Shown here in pieces: positions 29,543-46,295 of a DNA stretch of 64,000 nt (within the stretch, counting starts at the first letter, position 1; each line of letters begins with the position of its first letter). The stretch is from a bacterium (lineage in GTDB: Bacteria; SAR324; XYD2-FULL-50-16), in NCBI GenBank assembly GCA_032250835.1, contig JAVVEA010000019.1:1-64000 (forward strand), given 5' to 3'. Below the pieces are notes generated by a model, which saw only the letters and a program-made list of their open reading frames with translations, was not told the origin of the DNA and ran no database searches. Made by a program: the position numbers and the translations under genes.

Positions 29543-29784
29543 TTCCTCAGGCTCCGCCTGAAGAAATAAATGGAACCTATGTGACACAACCCAGGGCGTA
29601 ATGCACGAATTAGCCCATTGCGCTTTTCGTCACATGGATTTTGAGATGTTGGCCGTTCCAACCGTGGAAAAAACCTTCCATCTCATTTAGGACCTCGGTC
29701 CGGATTTCCCGCGCCGAGGCAGTAGGTACAAAGCACACTTCTTTGGTTTTAAAAAAACCAACCCTGCAACGAACACGTGCTTTG
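29543..29784 (-). promoter_or_regulatory. Putative structured 5' leader of cyc2
   Basis: Five consecutive inverted repeats upstream of the cyc2 RBS. Confidence 0.45.
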
Positions 29785-30201
29785 CGGGCCTATCAGTCAA
29801 GTTTAGACAAGAGACTCTTTAATTCCGACGTCAAAGTCAAGATTTTTTTAAGTCCCTACCGAAACCTGAAGTTAGTAACCTTTAGCACACCTCTTTTTCC
29901 TGTGCTAGAGGTTTTTTTGCCTTTTAAGCCTTTATCCTTGGCACTTTAGGGATAAAAGGCCGTGAATAAAGGGCTGGCAACGGCTCTAGTTTTAGCCAGA
30001 TTAGAAAGATTTTTCCGCCAAAGACAGGGCTCCAATAGAAATTTTGGAATTATAGCAGGAAAATTCGTCCAAGCTTGAGTACTGGCATGAATCCCGCTTA
30101 TCCCACTAGATTCCTTAGCTGGGTCCGCTGGACCAGAGGAACCTAACTATATTATATAGGCGCCCCATATCGACTGGTGGAGCGCCCGACCCGCCACGGG
30201 A

Positions 30202-30741
30202 GTGAAGATGAAAGCTGTCAAACCGCTACTACTGGGCATTAGCCTGATCTTGGCCGCCGCCCCTGCTTGGGCCTTCGACAAAAAGGACCTCGACGAATTC
30301 AAGAAGAGTAAAAAATGCACCAGCTCAACCTTCTCCAGCTGTGACCTTTCGGGCGCGAACCTGTCTGGCTTGGTTCTGACCGAGGCGAACCTGGAAGGGG
30401 CGAACCTGGAAGGGGCCAAAATGGAGTCCTTGGACCTCAGTGGGGCGAACCTCAACGAAGCCAACCTCAAGGGCGTCAAAATGATTCGGGTCAACTTAAA
30501 GGGTGCCCAAATGCGCGAAGCTAACTTGGAAGGGGCCAGCCTAGTGGCGGTGACCTTAGACGAAGCGAACCTGAAAGACGCCAAGCTCCGCGGGGTGTTG
30601 ATCAAAGGGGTGAGCCTCAAGGGAGCCCAACTAAAAGACGCGGTGATCGAAAACACGGACCTAAAGCTGGCGAACTTAAGCGGTGCCATGGGACTCAAAG
30701 AAGAGCCCTGCCAGCCCGGCAGTATTGGGGTCTGCAAGTAG
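30202..30741 (+). CDS. Exported pentapeptide-repeat protein
   Basis: Signal peptide ending AWA; tandem A(N/D)LxG pentapeptides. Confidence 0.9.
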   Translation: MKMKAVKPLLLGISLILAAAPAWAFDKKDLDEFKKSKKCTSSTFSSCDLSGANLSGLVLTEANLEGANLEGAKMESLDLSGANLNEANLKGVKMIRVNLKGAQMREANLEGASLVAVTLDEANLKDAKLRGVLIKGVSLKGAQLKDAVIENTDLKLANLSGAMGLKEEPCQPGSIGVCK

Positions 30742-31058
30742 CCCACCAGCAAACCCGCGGCCCGGCGGGTTTGCACCGTACCAGGGGACGAATCACCTAG
30801 CCCAATGGGTGCCCCCTGTTTTCAACGCCAACCAACTGTCGGCGTTGGCCGACCTAGCTAAAGTCCGGTTCGACCGTTAGCCCCCACCCTAAGACCAGAC
30901 CTCGGACTATATCCAACTCTCGGACTCAATCTAAAGCCTGACTGGATAGAATCCCCCGTTGCGAGGGGCTTAAAGCCCATAGGGCGGCTGGCTTTGATTC
31001 TCTTAAGCCCCTATGCTGAATAAATTTCACCGCTATTCCCTTATTGCCAAGACTTGAC

Positions 31059-31542
31059 GGTAAGGGCCTTTTGGTACCCCCGTTGGTGAGCCGCTTAGAG
31101 CCCGTAGCCAACCGAAGCGTTAAGAAAGCCAACTGTTCGAGCACCGAGCGTAGCGAGGGCGAGTTTTGGCTTTTAGCGTAGTTTGGCGTACGGGGTCTTA
31201 GCGGCGAGCCACCTGGGGGCTGGTTTTTTTGCTACTTTTTTTGCCAGCCAAAAAAAGTAGTCCCAAAGCTTTTAACCTAACTAAGCTTTGTGCTTCTTAG
31301 AACCTAGAACTACTGCCACCCTTGCTGGAATGAGTTTCGCTTTAAAGTCCCTATGGGGAATCGGCTGCGCCGATGGTTTTATGTGGGCAACACTCGCCGG
31401 CTCGCGTCGCTGCGCCCGTCGCCCTCGCTTCGCTTATACCTCCCTAGGGGGAATCGGCTGCGCCGATAGCTTTATGTGGGCAACACTCGCCGGCTCGCGT
31501 CGCTACGCCCGTCGCCCTCGCTTCGCTCGAAGCTCCTTGGCG
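31059..31542. repeat. Modular REP/MITE-like intergenic repeat, copy 1 (includes 2 x 93-bp tandem unit)
   Basis: 31059-31390 is similar to the reverse complement of 58905-59326; tandem units start at 31348 and 31441; hairpins ctactttttttg..aaaaaaagtag and atcggc-tgc-gccgat. Confidence 0.9.
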
Positions 31543-31543
31543 T

Positions 31544-34500
31544 CTACCCCTTAAAGAAGGTGAAAACCACCTGTTTAGAAATCTGCTCCGAGGTGGCCCC
31601 GAAGGTGGAGTCGATGCAGGCCTCGAAGATGGATTCTCGGTTGTCGAAGATTTCCACCCCGTCCACGTCAATGAATACATTGGACAGAATCGCTTGGTGG
31701 TAAGAGGCCTTTAATTCCTCGTCGGCCTTGATCTTATCTACCGGCAAGCGACCTACCCAGACCAACACCAAGGAATTGCGCGAGCGCTTGGCCCGTGGTT
31801 CGGCCTGGACTAGCCGTTCCTTAGCTTCACAGAGCTTTAAGGCCTCTTCGAAGCTATAGGTCCCCGGGAGGTACAAACAACGTTCGTCGATGTCTCCCTT
31901 CCATATCCGTCCCATCCTAGATTCAAGGTGCTCTAAGCCTTGGACCTCGATCTTTTTTAGGTAGGTGCTGGCCTCGACGGCTAGCGTGGGTACACAGCCA
32001 ACGGGATATTTGTCGTGTAATAGATGGTAGGCCGCAGCGATATTCTTTTCACTATGCGACTTAGCCGTGCGGGTGGTGTCGATCGCGTAAGCGCCGCGCA
32101 CAAATTGCGGGAAGGCGTGGCGCTTGCGGAAGTAAGCGTCCACCAAAGCTTGTTTGAGGGCCTTTTCCTTGCTGACCACTTCCCCTAGGAAATGGTCGGC
32201 CCGCGCCAACATCCGCATTTCCCGCTCCACCAAGGGGATATATTGGGTTTTGAGCAGGATGCGGGTCGAAGGCAGGGCCTTGGACATGGCCACCTTCTCT
32301 AAATTCCCTTCTTGGCTTTGCAGGAACTCCCATTCCTTCTGCTCTCCGGCGATTTCGTGGGCGATGGCCCCGAGTCCCTGCCGCCAGTTGACCATGTCCT
32401 TGGCGATTTCGTTGACCTCTTCTCGTTTGGTGGCCCCTTCGATCAATTCAACAAAGTTCAAAACCGCCAAGCGACGGCCCGGAGCAATGGATTCCTTAAA
32501 GGCGTTCTGGGCCTCGGTCATCTTAGCGCGCAGGTCTCCCAATTCTTTGCGGATCTCCCGGGGGACTTCTTCGTTGGGGCTTAATTGTTGTTCGATCTTG
32601 TCCATCGACATCGGATCGGCAAAGAGCATCATCGCCGCCTTTAGGCGGTAGGTCACGAAGTCCGCCTGAACCCGCGCCTCAATCCAATCATTTTGAGATT
32701 TAAAAAGCGCATTTTCCGATTCCGCCAATTCACCGGAAAGCTTCACCATCTGTTGGGCTAGCTCGATCAGACGTTCCGCCTCTTGCTGGTAATACTGGAA
32801 AAACTCTAGCAGGTTCCCCTTTTCCTTGTCCGGGTTTTGGAACATGCCCTTGATGCTGATGTTGCGCAGTTGCATGAGGCGCGTTTTCAGTTGTTTGGAC
32901 AGTTCTAAAACCTGTTCTTTACCGGATTCCTTGATGCTAGGGTCCGCCTTGGCCGCGAGCGCCTTGAGCTTTTTGATTTGCAGTTCGATCTTCTCGGCAG
33001 GCAAGTCGCCCAAGGCACGGGCGAACTGTTTGACCTCCTCAAACATCTTTTGGCGGCGGCGCACCCAGAGGGCCTTTTGGAACAGACCCGCGTAACCTAA
33101 GACCTTCTCATAATAGTTAAAGGTCACCCCATAGGCGCGGGTGAAGGGGTTGTAGATATTGATCACCTGGGCCTTCTTGCCCTTGTGTTCTTCAAGCAAC
33201 AATTTGCGCAGGGCCTCTAACTCTTCGGTCATTTGGTCTAAGAAGAGGTTTAAGCCTTCGGGATCTAGTTTGCGGTCCAATAACTCTTCTAGCCGCTGGT
33301 GCCCGTTCGCCATCAACCCTTCGATCTCGTCATGTTCGACTTGTAGCGCGGCTATGTTGTCTTTGCGCTGGTCTAGCTGGGCATGGAAGATTTTGGTGAT
33401 CTTTTCCAGTAACACCACATAGGCCTTTTCCTTGTTGGCGGGATTTTCCAAAAACTCCAGTTCCTCGGTGAGGTGGTGTTTCTGTTCGTCCGCCAAATAG
33501 GTCAGCTCGGCTAAGGTGTGTTTGTATTGGTGGTGGAAGGTCTGGTTCAGTTCCTTGGCCTTAGCGATGACTTTATCGGTAAAGCCGCGCATGAACTGAA
33601 TGAACAGCATCTCCTCATCTTCGTTTTCGGCCAGGAAGATTTCTGTGTTCAAAACCCCATTCAAACAGATCGCCGGGTAGGCGGTGTTCTGGTAATGGGT
33701 TACTAAGTCTTTACGCTTAGTGAAAACCACCAAATCGGGGTGGTAACTGTCGTCGGCAGCGATGGGCTCGATGTTTTGCACATAAAACAGCATCCGCTCC
33801 GTCAAAAGCAGGGCCCGTTGGACCAACTCACGTTTCTTAAAGAAATGGAAGTTTTCGCTAATAAAATCCCGGCTGTCTTCATCTAAACGGTATTCCTCGG
33901 CGTCCAGGGCCAGGTCGTCGGAGTTTTCCATCTCCACACTGCCCATTTCCTGGTCCACCTGTAAGTCGCCTTCAAAACTGTTGTGTAGGTTCAGTTTAAA
34001 GAAGTCGTCCATGTACTGGGTCAAATCGCCCAGGTCTTTTAAGGTCTCTTTGAGTACCTCGGGGCTGGCGTCCTTGGGGTCTTTCAGGCCCAAATAGCTA
34101 CGCAAACCTTTGGTCAGGCGTTCGAAGTCATGGGCCGTAAAGTTGGGGCTGTCCGAAAGATCCAGAATCCGGCCAAAAAGCTCCATCAGTTTTTGGTGCA
34201 GCCCGGCAAAGTCGTCTTTGAGCTTCGAAGGGTTTTTTAGGTCCAACGGAGCAAAGCCCACGCAAGGTGCGGCCAGAGGTAAAACCCCCAAGGTGTTGAG
34301 GCCGTTAAGCACCAACTGGGCCGTGACGTCGCCTGCGACCACTTTGCGTTCGCGCAGTAATTCTAATTCCGTCCCCGAGCGGCGGATTTGGCGGGCCTTT
34401 TCGGTTTCGGTGTATTTATGGGCTAAAAACTGTTCGGCTTTGTCGAAGTTGGATTCGCCCCGGTTGAAAGGGACCACCTTATCAATCATCACCGAACGGT

Positions 34501-35530
34501 CGTCTTCAATCAGCCTCAAGCGCTGCACCCGGTCGATATGGAATTCTTCGGGCCCGACGCCGCGGGTAAAAAAGACCTGTTGGGTGTCGATATTGATTTC
34601 GATTTCGGTGATCTCACCGGGCGTTAAGTCCACCGGCTTCCCGCCTACCCGCAAACGGAAGAAGTCGACCTCTTCGGGCTTAAGCAGCCGCCCGCCGACG
34701 TTTTCTTTGATGAAGTGTTGGGTGGCAATGAACTGCCCGCCGATGGACAGGCCCAATAGTTGTTTAGCCTGGGCCGAGGATACCTTAAAGCCCTTGATGT
34801 CCTTCCAAGTCAGGAACAAAGAGGCCTGGGCCCGCACCATCAAACCCGACGAGTCGCGCCGCTTGTTAAAGTATCCCAAAGCGGTGCGCAACTTGCCGAT
34901 AGGTAATTCTAAGATTTTCTCGATCCCCTGCTGGCGAGTCACTAGCTGGATATCTGAGAAAAAGGCCCGGTCCAAGATGCCCGGCGGGCGCTTGCCCCGC
35001 TCGATACCGGACATATCTTTGGTTTCTTTGACGGTATGCCAGGCCTTGTTTTTGTTGTCCTCCCAAAACTCGACGAACCGCTTCTTGCCGTCATCGATCT
35101 TCAGGTAGTCGGAGATATAACCGATCAGGTCATCGTCCGAAAAATGACTGATAAACAACGGCGGGAATTCAAAATCCCGCTCCAACATAAAAGGCAAGGT
35201 CAGGTAGTTTTTGATCTCCTTAACCGAAATGTTCGAAAAGACATAGCCCATCACCCGATCTTCGGTGCCCTTAAGCCCCTTGATCAACTCTAACTTGGTC
35301 TTTGAGTCAATCTGCTTATCAAGCGCAAAGATGCGCGGGATGATGTGTTGCTCTAGGCCCGGCGGGACATATTCGTTGATGTTCGAGGCATTAAAACAGA
35401 CCAGTTCCACCTTGGTTTCCATGTCGTCAATCGACAAGGGACGTTCCTTTAACTCAGCCTTAGCCCGCTGCATCAACAAGATGCGGTCGGCCTCGTCCAT
35501 TTTGGATTGGAGCTGAAAGAAGTGTTTCAT
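31544..35530 (-). CDS. Very large hypothetical protein (1328 aa) with long predicted coiled-coil segment
   Basis: Uninterrupted ORF; E/K/L/Q-rich helical stretch around aa 650-1110; no motif recognised. Confidence 0.82.
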   Translation of the reverse strand: MKHFFQLQSKMDEADRILLMQRAKAELKERPLSIDDMETKVELVCFNASNINEYVPPGLEQHIIPRIFALDKQIDSKTKLELIKGLKGTEDRVMGYVFSNISVKEIKNYLTLPFMLERDFEFPPLFISHFSDDDLIGYISDYLKIDDGKKRFVEFWEDNKNKAWHTVKETKDMSGIERGKRPPGILDRAFFSDIQLVTRQQGIEKILELPIGKLRTALGYFNKRRDSSGLMVRAQASLFLTWKDIKGFKVSSAQAKQLLGLSIGGQFIATQHFIKENVGGRLLKPEEVDFFRLRVGGKPVDLTPGEITEIEINIDTQQVFFTRGVGPEEFHIDRVQRLRLIEDDRSVMIDKVVPFNRGESNFDKAEQFLAHKYTETEKARQIRRSGTELELLRERKVVAGDVTAQLVLNGLNTLGVLPLAAPCVGFAPLDLKNPSKLKDDFAGLHQKLMELFGRILDLSDSPNFTAHDFERLTKGLRSYLGLKDPKDASPEVLKETLKDLGDLTQYMDDFFKLNLHNSFEGDLQVDQEMGSVEMENSDDLALDAEEYRLDEDSRDFISENFHFFKKRELVQRALLLTERMLFYVQNIEPIAADDSYHPDLVVFTKRKDLVTHYQNTAYPAICLNGVLNTEIFLAENEDEEMLFIQFMRGFTDKVIAKAKELNQTFHHQYKHTLAELTYLADEQKHHLTEELEFLENPANKEKAYVVLLEKITKIFHAQLDQRKDNIAALQVEHDEIEGLMANGHQRLEELLDRKLDPEGLNLFLDQMTEELEALRKLLLEEHKGKKAQVINIYNPFTRAYGVTFNYYEKVLGYAGLFQKALWVRRRQKMFEEVKQFARALGDLPAEKIELQIKKLKALAAKADPSIKESGKEQVLELSKQLKTRLMQLRNISIKGMFQNPDKEKGNLLEFFQYYQQEAERLIELAQQMVKLSGELAESENALFKSQNDWIEARVQADFVTYRLKAAMMLFADPMSMDKIEQQLSPNEEVPREIRKELGDLRAKMTEAQNAFKESIAPGRRLAVLNFVELIEGATKREEVNEIAKDMVNWRQGLGAIAHEIAGEQKEWEFLQSQEGNLEKVAMSKALPSTRILLKTQYIPLVEREMRMLARADHFLGEVVSKEKALKQALVDAYFRKRHAFPQFVRGAYAIDTTRTAKSHSEKNIAAAYHLLHDKYPVGCVPTLAVEASTYLKKIEVQGLEHLESRMGRIWKGDIDERCLYLPGTYSFEEALKLCEAKERLVQAEPRAKRSRNSLVLVWVGRLPVDKIKADEELKASYHQAILSNVFIDVDGVEIFDNRESIFEACIDSTFGATSEQISKQVVFTFFKG

Positions 35531-35542
35531 GGAGCTTTGGGC

Positions 35543-36628
35543 TTAGTCGTGGGCGTGGCCGTACCGGCGGTGGTAAAGATCCACAAAGGTCAAGAAAATC
35601 GACATGATCAAGGGTCCATAAAAAATCCCTAAGAACCCGAAGGCAGTCATGCCGCCGATAATGCTCAAGAAAACCAATACCGAATGGATTTTAACCCGGT
35701 TACCCACAAACTTAGGCTTAAACCACTGTTCTACCGCAAAAGCCACGGCGGTACAAAAGACCAAGACCACCAAGGACTCAACGGGTTTACCTGAGAAAAA
35801 CAGATAAATACCCGCCGGGATATAGACCACACTCATCCCCACCAGAGGGATGAAAGCCAAGAAGACCATTAAGCTAGTCCACAAAAAGATCGACTCAATC
35901 CCAGCCCACCAAAAGGAAGTACCCGCTAAGGCCCCTTGGATCAAACCACCGACCCCGTTGCCAACGAGGGTTACATAGTTCATTTGGTTGAACTTCTCTA
36001 ACACCAAATCTTCTTCAACCCGAGGTAGAGGGCTCAACTCCAAGAAGAAATTTTTGACCCGTTCCCCTTCGGCCAAGATGCCGTAAATCACCACCATCAT
36101 GATGGCAAAATGGATCAAAAAGGCCACTAGGTTGGCGAGCCAGCTATTGACGGTCTCTAAAAGGTAGCTGCTGGTGGTTTTGGCCGAATCAATGATGATC
36201 TTTTGCAGAGTCGAAACATTGTACTTGATGTCTAAGACTTCAAAGGCCTGGGCCATCATCTGGGGCAAGTATCCATCGCCGAAGAAAGTTTCTTCGAGGG
36301 TTTCTTCGGTGACGTTGGTTTTAAGAAACTGAAACAACGAGATCGCCTCATCGGTCAGCTCACTGGCCAGATAGACCGAGGGAACAATGAAGGCGCAGAT
36401 GATGATCACCATCACCAAGGCCACGGCCAATCGGTGGGGTATATGGAAGCGGATTTGGAAGGAAGTCATTAACGGATAGAAGGTACCCGCCAAGATGGCC
36501 CCAAAAACGATGGAGTTCACGTAGGGCCAAAAGATCAATCCCACCAATAAAAACAGGGCGGCATATCCGATGATAAACCCAACGGTAGACTGGCGGCTTT
36601 GAGATGGCTCTGAGTTCATTTCTTCCAT
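35543..36628 (-). CDS. AI-2E family transporter
   Basis: Multi-TM; FIPLVG, KPKFVG, SIIGG..FG.LGIFYGP. Confidence 0.9.
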   Translation of the reverse strand: MEEMNSEPSQSRQSTVGFIIGYAALFLLVGLIFWPYVNSIVFGAILAGTFYPLMTSFQIRFHIPHRLAVALVMVIIICAFIVPSVYLASELTDEAISLFQFLKTNVTEETLEETFFGDGYLPQMMAQAFEVLDIKYNVSTLQKIIIDSAKTTSSYLLETVNSWLANLVAFLIHFAIMMVVIYGILAEGERVKNFFLELSPLPRVEEDLVLEKFNQMNYVTLVGNGVGGLIQGALAGTSFWWAGIESIFLWTSLMVFLAFIPLVGMSVVYIPAGIYLFFSGKPVESLVVLVFCTAVAFAVEQWFKPKFVGNRVKIHSVLVFLSIIGGMTAFGFLGIFYGPLIMSIFLTFVDLYHRRYGHAHD

Positions 36629-36702
36629 AATGTTGCCTGACGGGTTCCCTCCAAAGGTGGATCATAAATCAAGGCCCACTGCGGTGCAACTGAACATTCA
36701 GA

Positions 36703-42814
<6,112 letters not shown>

Positions 42815-42819
42815 AGCAT

Positions 42820-43644
42820 ATGCCCCTCAACGTCAACGAGCACCCCCGCCAATCGGAACTGGGCCAATGGGTTTACCCCGTCAAGAGCCGCCGGGCCGGG
42901 GGTCTATCCCTGGGTCTAAACGTCAACTCCGACCAACGATGCAGCTTTGACTGCGTTTATTGTCAAGTCCGGCGAGAAGGCACCGAAGCACACCCCAACC
43001 CCAGCGTCGAGTCCATTTTAGCTGAGGTACACAGCTTTTTACAGAGCTACCAAAAAAACGGTAATTGGCAGGGGATGACCCTGCAAGATATATCCATCGC
43101 CGGGGACGGTGAACCGACTTTGTACAAAGAACTCCCCCAGTTGCTGGGCGCCCTGTTGGACCTACGCATCCAATTAGACCTGCCGGTCCGGTTGGTTTTG
43201 TTCACCAACGCCACTCAGTTAGACCGCGCAGACCTAGATCCGCTTTGGCCCCGTTTCTTCGCCGAAGGAGGCGAGGTTTGGGCCAAGCTAGACTCCTGGG
43301 ACCAAGCCAGCTTTTGGCGACTGCATGGCAAGGCCGCGCACCAACAGAAGGTGATCAACCACTTACTGACTTTGGGCCGCCAGTATCCCCTAGTGATCCA
43401 GTCCTGTTTCTTCCGCCCCAGCGCCGATGAGGAATTTGACGAGAACTGGCTGGATTCCTGGGTTAGCCAGATGAATTGGCTGGTGGAGCAGGGTTTAAAG
43501 GTCGCCAAAATCCAGGCCTATACGCTGGCCCGGCCCACCAAAGAGCAGGGTTTGGTGCCCTATGACGACGACGATATGCGCCACATTGGCGACCAAATCC
43601 GAGCCGAAACGGGGCAACCTGTTGAGGTCTATTTTTCCAAATAA
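42820..43644 (+). CDS. Radical SAM protein
   Basis: PVKSRR.G.SLG.N, CSFDCVYCQ, AGDGEPT. Confidence 0.88.
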   Translation: MPLNVNEHPRQSELGQWVYPVKSRRAGGLSLGLNVNSDQRCSFDCVYCQVRREGTEAHPNPSVESILAEVHSFLQSYQKNGNWQGMTLQDISIAGDGEPTLYKELPQLLGALLDLRIQLDLPVRLVLFTNATQLDRADLDPLWPRFFAEGGEVWAKLDSWDQASFWRLHGKAAHQQKVINHLLTLGRQYPLVIQSCFFRPSADEEFDENWLDSWVSQMNWLVEQGLKVAKIQAYTLARPTKEQGLVPYDDDDMRHIGDQIRAETGQPVEVYFSK

Positions 43645-43648
43645 TCCT

Positions 43649-44743
43649 ATGTCCTTATACCCGCTTGTCCGCCCGCTGCTGTATAACTTCTCGCCCGAAT
43701 GGGTGCACGACCAAATGATGGCTTTGGGCCGCGCGATCGGCGGCTCTAGGCGGCTGACCCGGCTGGTCGAGCTGATCTATGATTATGAAGACGAACGTCT
43801 CTTTTGCAAGGTTGGCGAACTGGAGTTTCCTAACCCCATCGGCCTAGCGGCGGGGTTCGACAAAGACGGCTTGATCGTTCCGCTGTTGGAAGCCTTGGGC
43901 TTCGGGGCCGTTGAGATTGGCACCTTGACCCCGCGCCCCCAACCGGGCAACCCGCAACCCCGGCTGTTCCGCCTAGCTGAAGACCAAGCGATCATCAACC
44001 GGATGGGCTTTAACAATGGCGGGGTGGAAGCTTGCTGCACCCGGCTGGCCAAGCAGATACGCGACGAGCGCCGCAAACGCCCCTTAGGCATCAACCTAGG
44101 CAAAAACAAAGACACCCCTAATGCCCAAGCCGCCGAAGACTATTGCTTCGGCCTGGAGCGGGCCTATCCCTGGGCGGAGTATTTCACCATCAACATCAGC
44201 TCCCCCAATACCCAGGGCTTGCGGGACCTGCAATCCGAAGACAGCCTATTGCCGCTGCTCAAGGCCATCTTGGCCCAGCGCGAAAAGCTGGCCGGCAAAC
44301 ATGGGGAACGCAAGCCGGTCTGGCTCAAGGTTGCCCCGGACTTAGAGGGCGAACAGTTAGAGGTAATCTGTCAGATTGCCCTACAACTCAAGCTAGATGC
44401 GTTGGTCTTGACCAACACCACCCTGCGCCGAGAAAACCTAACCAACCTAAACCGGACCCAGGCAGGTGGACTCTCGGGCCGCCCCCTTAGGCTCTTGTCG
44501 AATCAAATCTTAGACCGCGCCGCCGTTCTGACAGCCGGAAAAATCCCGCTGGTCGGAGTGGGCGGTATCTTTGAAGGCCAAGATGTTTGGGACAAACTAG
44601 AACTAGGGGCCAGCATGGTGCAAATTTACACCGGCATGATCTATCAGGGGCCCGCTTTGGTGAACCAATTAAAGCAAGATTTGGTGCGGCGTCTCAACGA
44701 GCAACGCAAACGCCAAATCCCCAAAAGAGTTGTTTTCAACTGA
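43649..44743 (+). CDS. pyrD: Quinone-dependent dihydroorotate dehydrogenase
   Basis: GLAAGFDK, INRMGFNN, NISSPNT, KVAPD, GGLSG. Confidence 0.96.
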   Translation: MSLYPLVRPLLYNFSPEWVHDQMMALGRAIGGSRRLTRLVELIYDYEDERLFCKVGELEFPNPIGLAAGFDKDGLIVPLLEALGFGAVEIGTLTPRPQPGNPQPRLFRLAEDQAIINRMGFNNGGVEACCTRLAKQIRDERRKRPLGINLGKNKDTPNAQAAEDYCFGLERAYPWAEYFTINISSPNTQGLRDLQSEDSLLPLLKAILAQREKLAGKHGERKPVWLKVAPDLEGEQLEVICQIALQLKLDALVLTNTTLRRENLTNLNRTQAGGLSGRPLRLLSNQILDRAAVLTAGKIPLVGVGGIFEGQDVWDKLELGASMVQIYTGMIYQGPALVNQLKQDLVRRLNEQRKRQIPKRVVFN

Positions 44744-44778
44744 AAACCCCTTTATGATCGAGCTTCAAAGGGAGCCCC

Positions 44779-45273
44779 ATGAGCGATTACAAACAAGAAG
44801 CACATGATCAACTGCGTTTGATGCGGTTTGCCGTTGGTGATTTAGAATTCGCCATGGGCATCACCGAAATCCGCGAAGTGATCCCCCCGACCGAGATCCG
44901 CCGCATCCCCAAGGCACCCGGTTTTGTTGAAGGCGTCTTGAGCCTGCGCGGCGCGATCATCCCTGTGGTGGACCTACGCAAGCTTTTTGGGACGACCTCT
45001 GAATCCGAAGATTTTAATATCATCTTACGCCAGATCAAATCCGTGACCGTCGGGTATATGGTCGATCAGGTGCGCCATGTGGTGACCTTGGCTAAATCCA
45101 AGATCCTGCCGCGTCCGCCGGTGGTGATCCAAGGCCTGCCGAAAGAATGCATCTATGGGTTGTTTGAACAGGACGAAGACACCATCATCTTGATCGATCT
45201 CTCTAAAACCATGGGTTCCAAACAGGTTGGCGAGATCGAAAAGATGATGCAATCGGTCCCTAGCGCCAAATGA
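44779..45273 (+). CDS. cheW: Chemotaxis coupling protein CheW
   Basis: IREVI....I.RIP.AP.FVEGV.SLRG.IIPVVDLR. Confidence 0.92.
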   Translation: MSDYKQEAHDQLRLMRFAVGDLEFAMGITEIREVIPPTEIRRIPKAPGFVEGVLSLRGAIIPVVDLRKLFGTTSESEDFNIILRQIKSVTVGYMVDQVRHVVTLAKSKILPRPPVVIQGLPKECIYGLFEQDEDTIILIDLSKTMGSKQVGEIEKMMQSVPSAK

Positions 45274-45821
45274 AACACCTCGTCACCCTGATCTTGGCCG
45301 CTTTGCTGTTGGCCGGATGTGAAAAAAAACCGGCCGAAACCTCCGGGTCCTGGGCCCAGTTTGCCGAAACGGCGGGCATGGCCCCTGACCAAGTGGGGCA
45401 AAGGGCCCCTGATTTTGACTATGTCTTACTAGAAGGGCAAACAGGTCGGCTTAGCGACCACCAAGGAAAACTAGTGTTCCTCAATTTTTGGGCCACTTGG
45501 TGTCTGCCCTGCAAAAAGGAAATGCCCGATATTGAAGAGTTGAGCAGCCTGATGAAGGGTAAACCCTTTGTGATCTTGGCGGTCTCTTCGGGCGAGGGCG
45601 CAGAAAAGGTATCGTTGTACCACAAAAAATTCCCCTACAGCTTCCCCTTTGCTATGGACGCCGATGGGGCGATCAGCGCAAAATATGAAGTAAACCTACT
45701 GCCCAGTACTTTTTTGATTTCCCCTGAAGGGGAGATCATCGGCAAGGCCATCGGGCCGCGCCATTGGTCAGCCGACGAATTTATCAACCAGCTTGAAGGC
45801 TTGCTGCCAAAGGAGCGGTAA
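45270..45821 (+). CDS. TlpA-family thiol-disulfide oxidoreductase lipoprotein
   Basis: Lipobox LAGC; NFWATWCLPCKKEMP. Confidence 0.9.
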   Translation: MKHLVTLILAALLLAGCEKKPAETSGSWAQFAETAGMAPDQVGQRAPDFDYVLLEGQTGRLSDHQGKLVFLNFWATWCLPCKKEMPDIEELSSLMKGKPFVILAVSSGEGAEKVSLYHKKFPYSFPFAMDADGAISAKYEVNLLPSTFLISPEGEIIGKAIGPRHWSADEFINQLEGLLPKER

Positions 45822-46283
45822 ATGTTTAACATCGGCATGACCGAATTGATGCTGATTGGGGCGATTGCGCTGTTGGTCTTGGGGCCTTCAAAGTTGCCCC
45901 AGTTTGCTCGAGCCTTGGGCCGGGCACTGACCGAGTTCCGCCGCGCCACCAACGAGTTTAAGACCCATGTGCGCCGCGAGTTTGACGACGTTGCCGGGCC
46001 CGAGGCTTCCGATTTGGCCCGCCTGACTTCGGACGTCAAAAAAGGCTTTCGCCCCCACAAAGATTTGGCCGATGCGCTGGAAACAGCCGCCAAGGTCTTA
46101 GAGCACAGCCAACGCTTTGAAGGCGAAAAAGGCAAGGAACTAGCCCAAGGTGGCGCAAGCCAAAAGGCCGAAGCCACTGAAACCGAAGCATTACCGACCG
46201 AGGTGCAAAGCACCAAACCGCAGGCAGCCCCGAAAGCCGCCGAATCCCAGGGCGATGCGCCCGATTCCTCAAAACCCCTTTAA
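45822..46283 (+). CDS. Twin-arginine translocase TatA/TatB family subunit
   Basis: [25 protein letters not shown]. Confidence 0.88.
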   Translation: MFNIGMTELMLIGAIALLVLGPSKLPQFARALGRALTEFRRATNEFKTHVRREFDDVAGPEASDLARLTSDVKKGFRPHKDLADALETAAKVLEHSQRFEGEKGKELAQGGASQKAEATETEALPTEVQSTKPQAAPKAAESQGDAPDSSKPL

Positions 46284-46295
46284 GTCTTAGCCACC

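Noticed and set aside
30147-30776. 209-aa minus-strand ORF with periodic RFAP motifs
   Set aside because: Mirror of the pentapeptide-repeat gene on the opposite strand.
31348-31533. Tandem 93-bp units as a CRISPR array
   Set aside because: Only two near-identical units with no unique spacers and no cas genes.
30926-31680. Short ORFs here and at 59113-59461 sharing LEQLAFLTLRLATGSKRLTNGG
   Set aside because: The shared peptide is a by-product of the DNA repeat; no RBS or coding signature.
34110-35108. 332-aa plus-strand ORF
   Set aside because: Antisense shadow of the 1328-aa gene; Ser/Arg-rich, non-protein-like composition.
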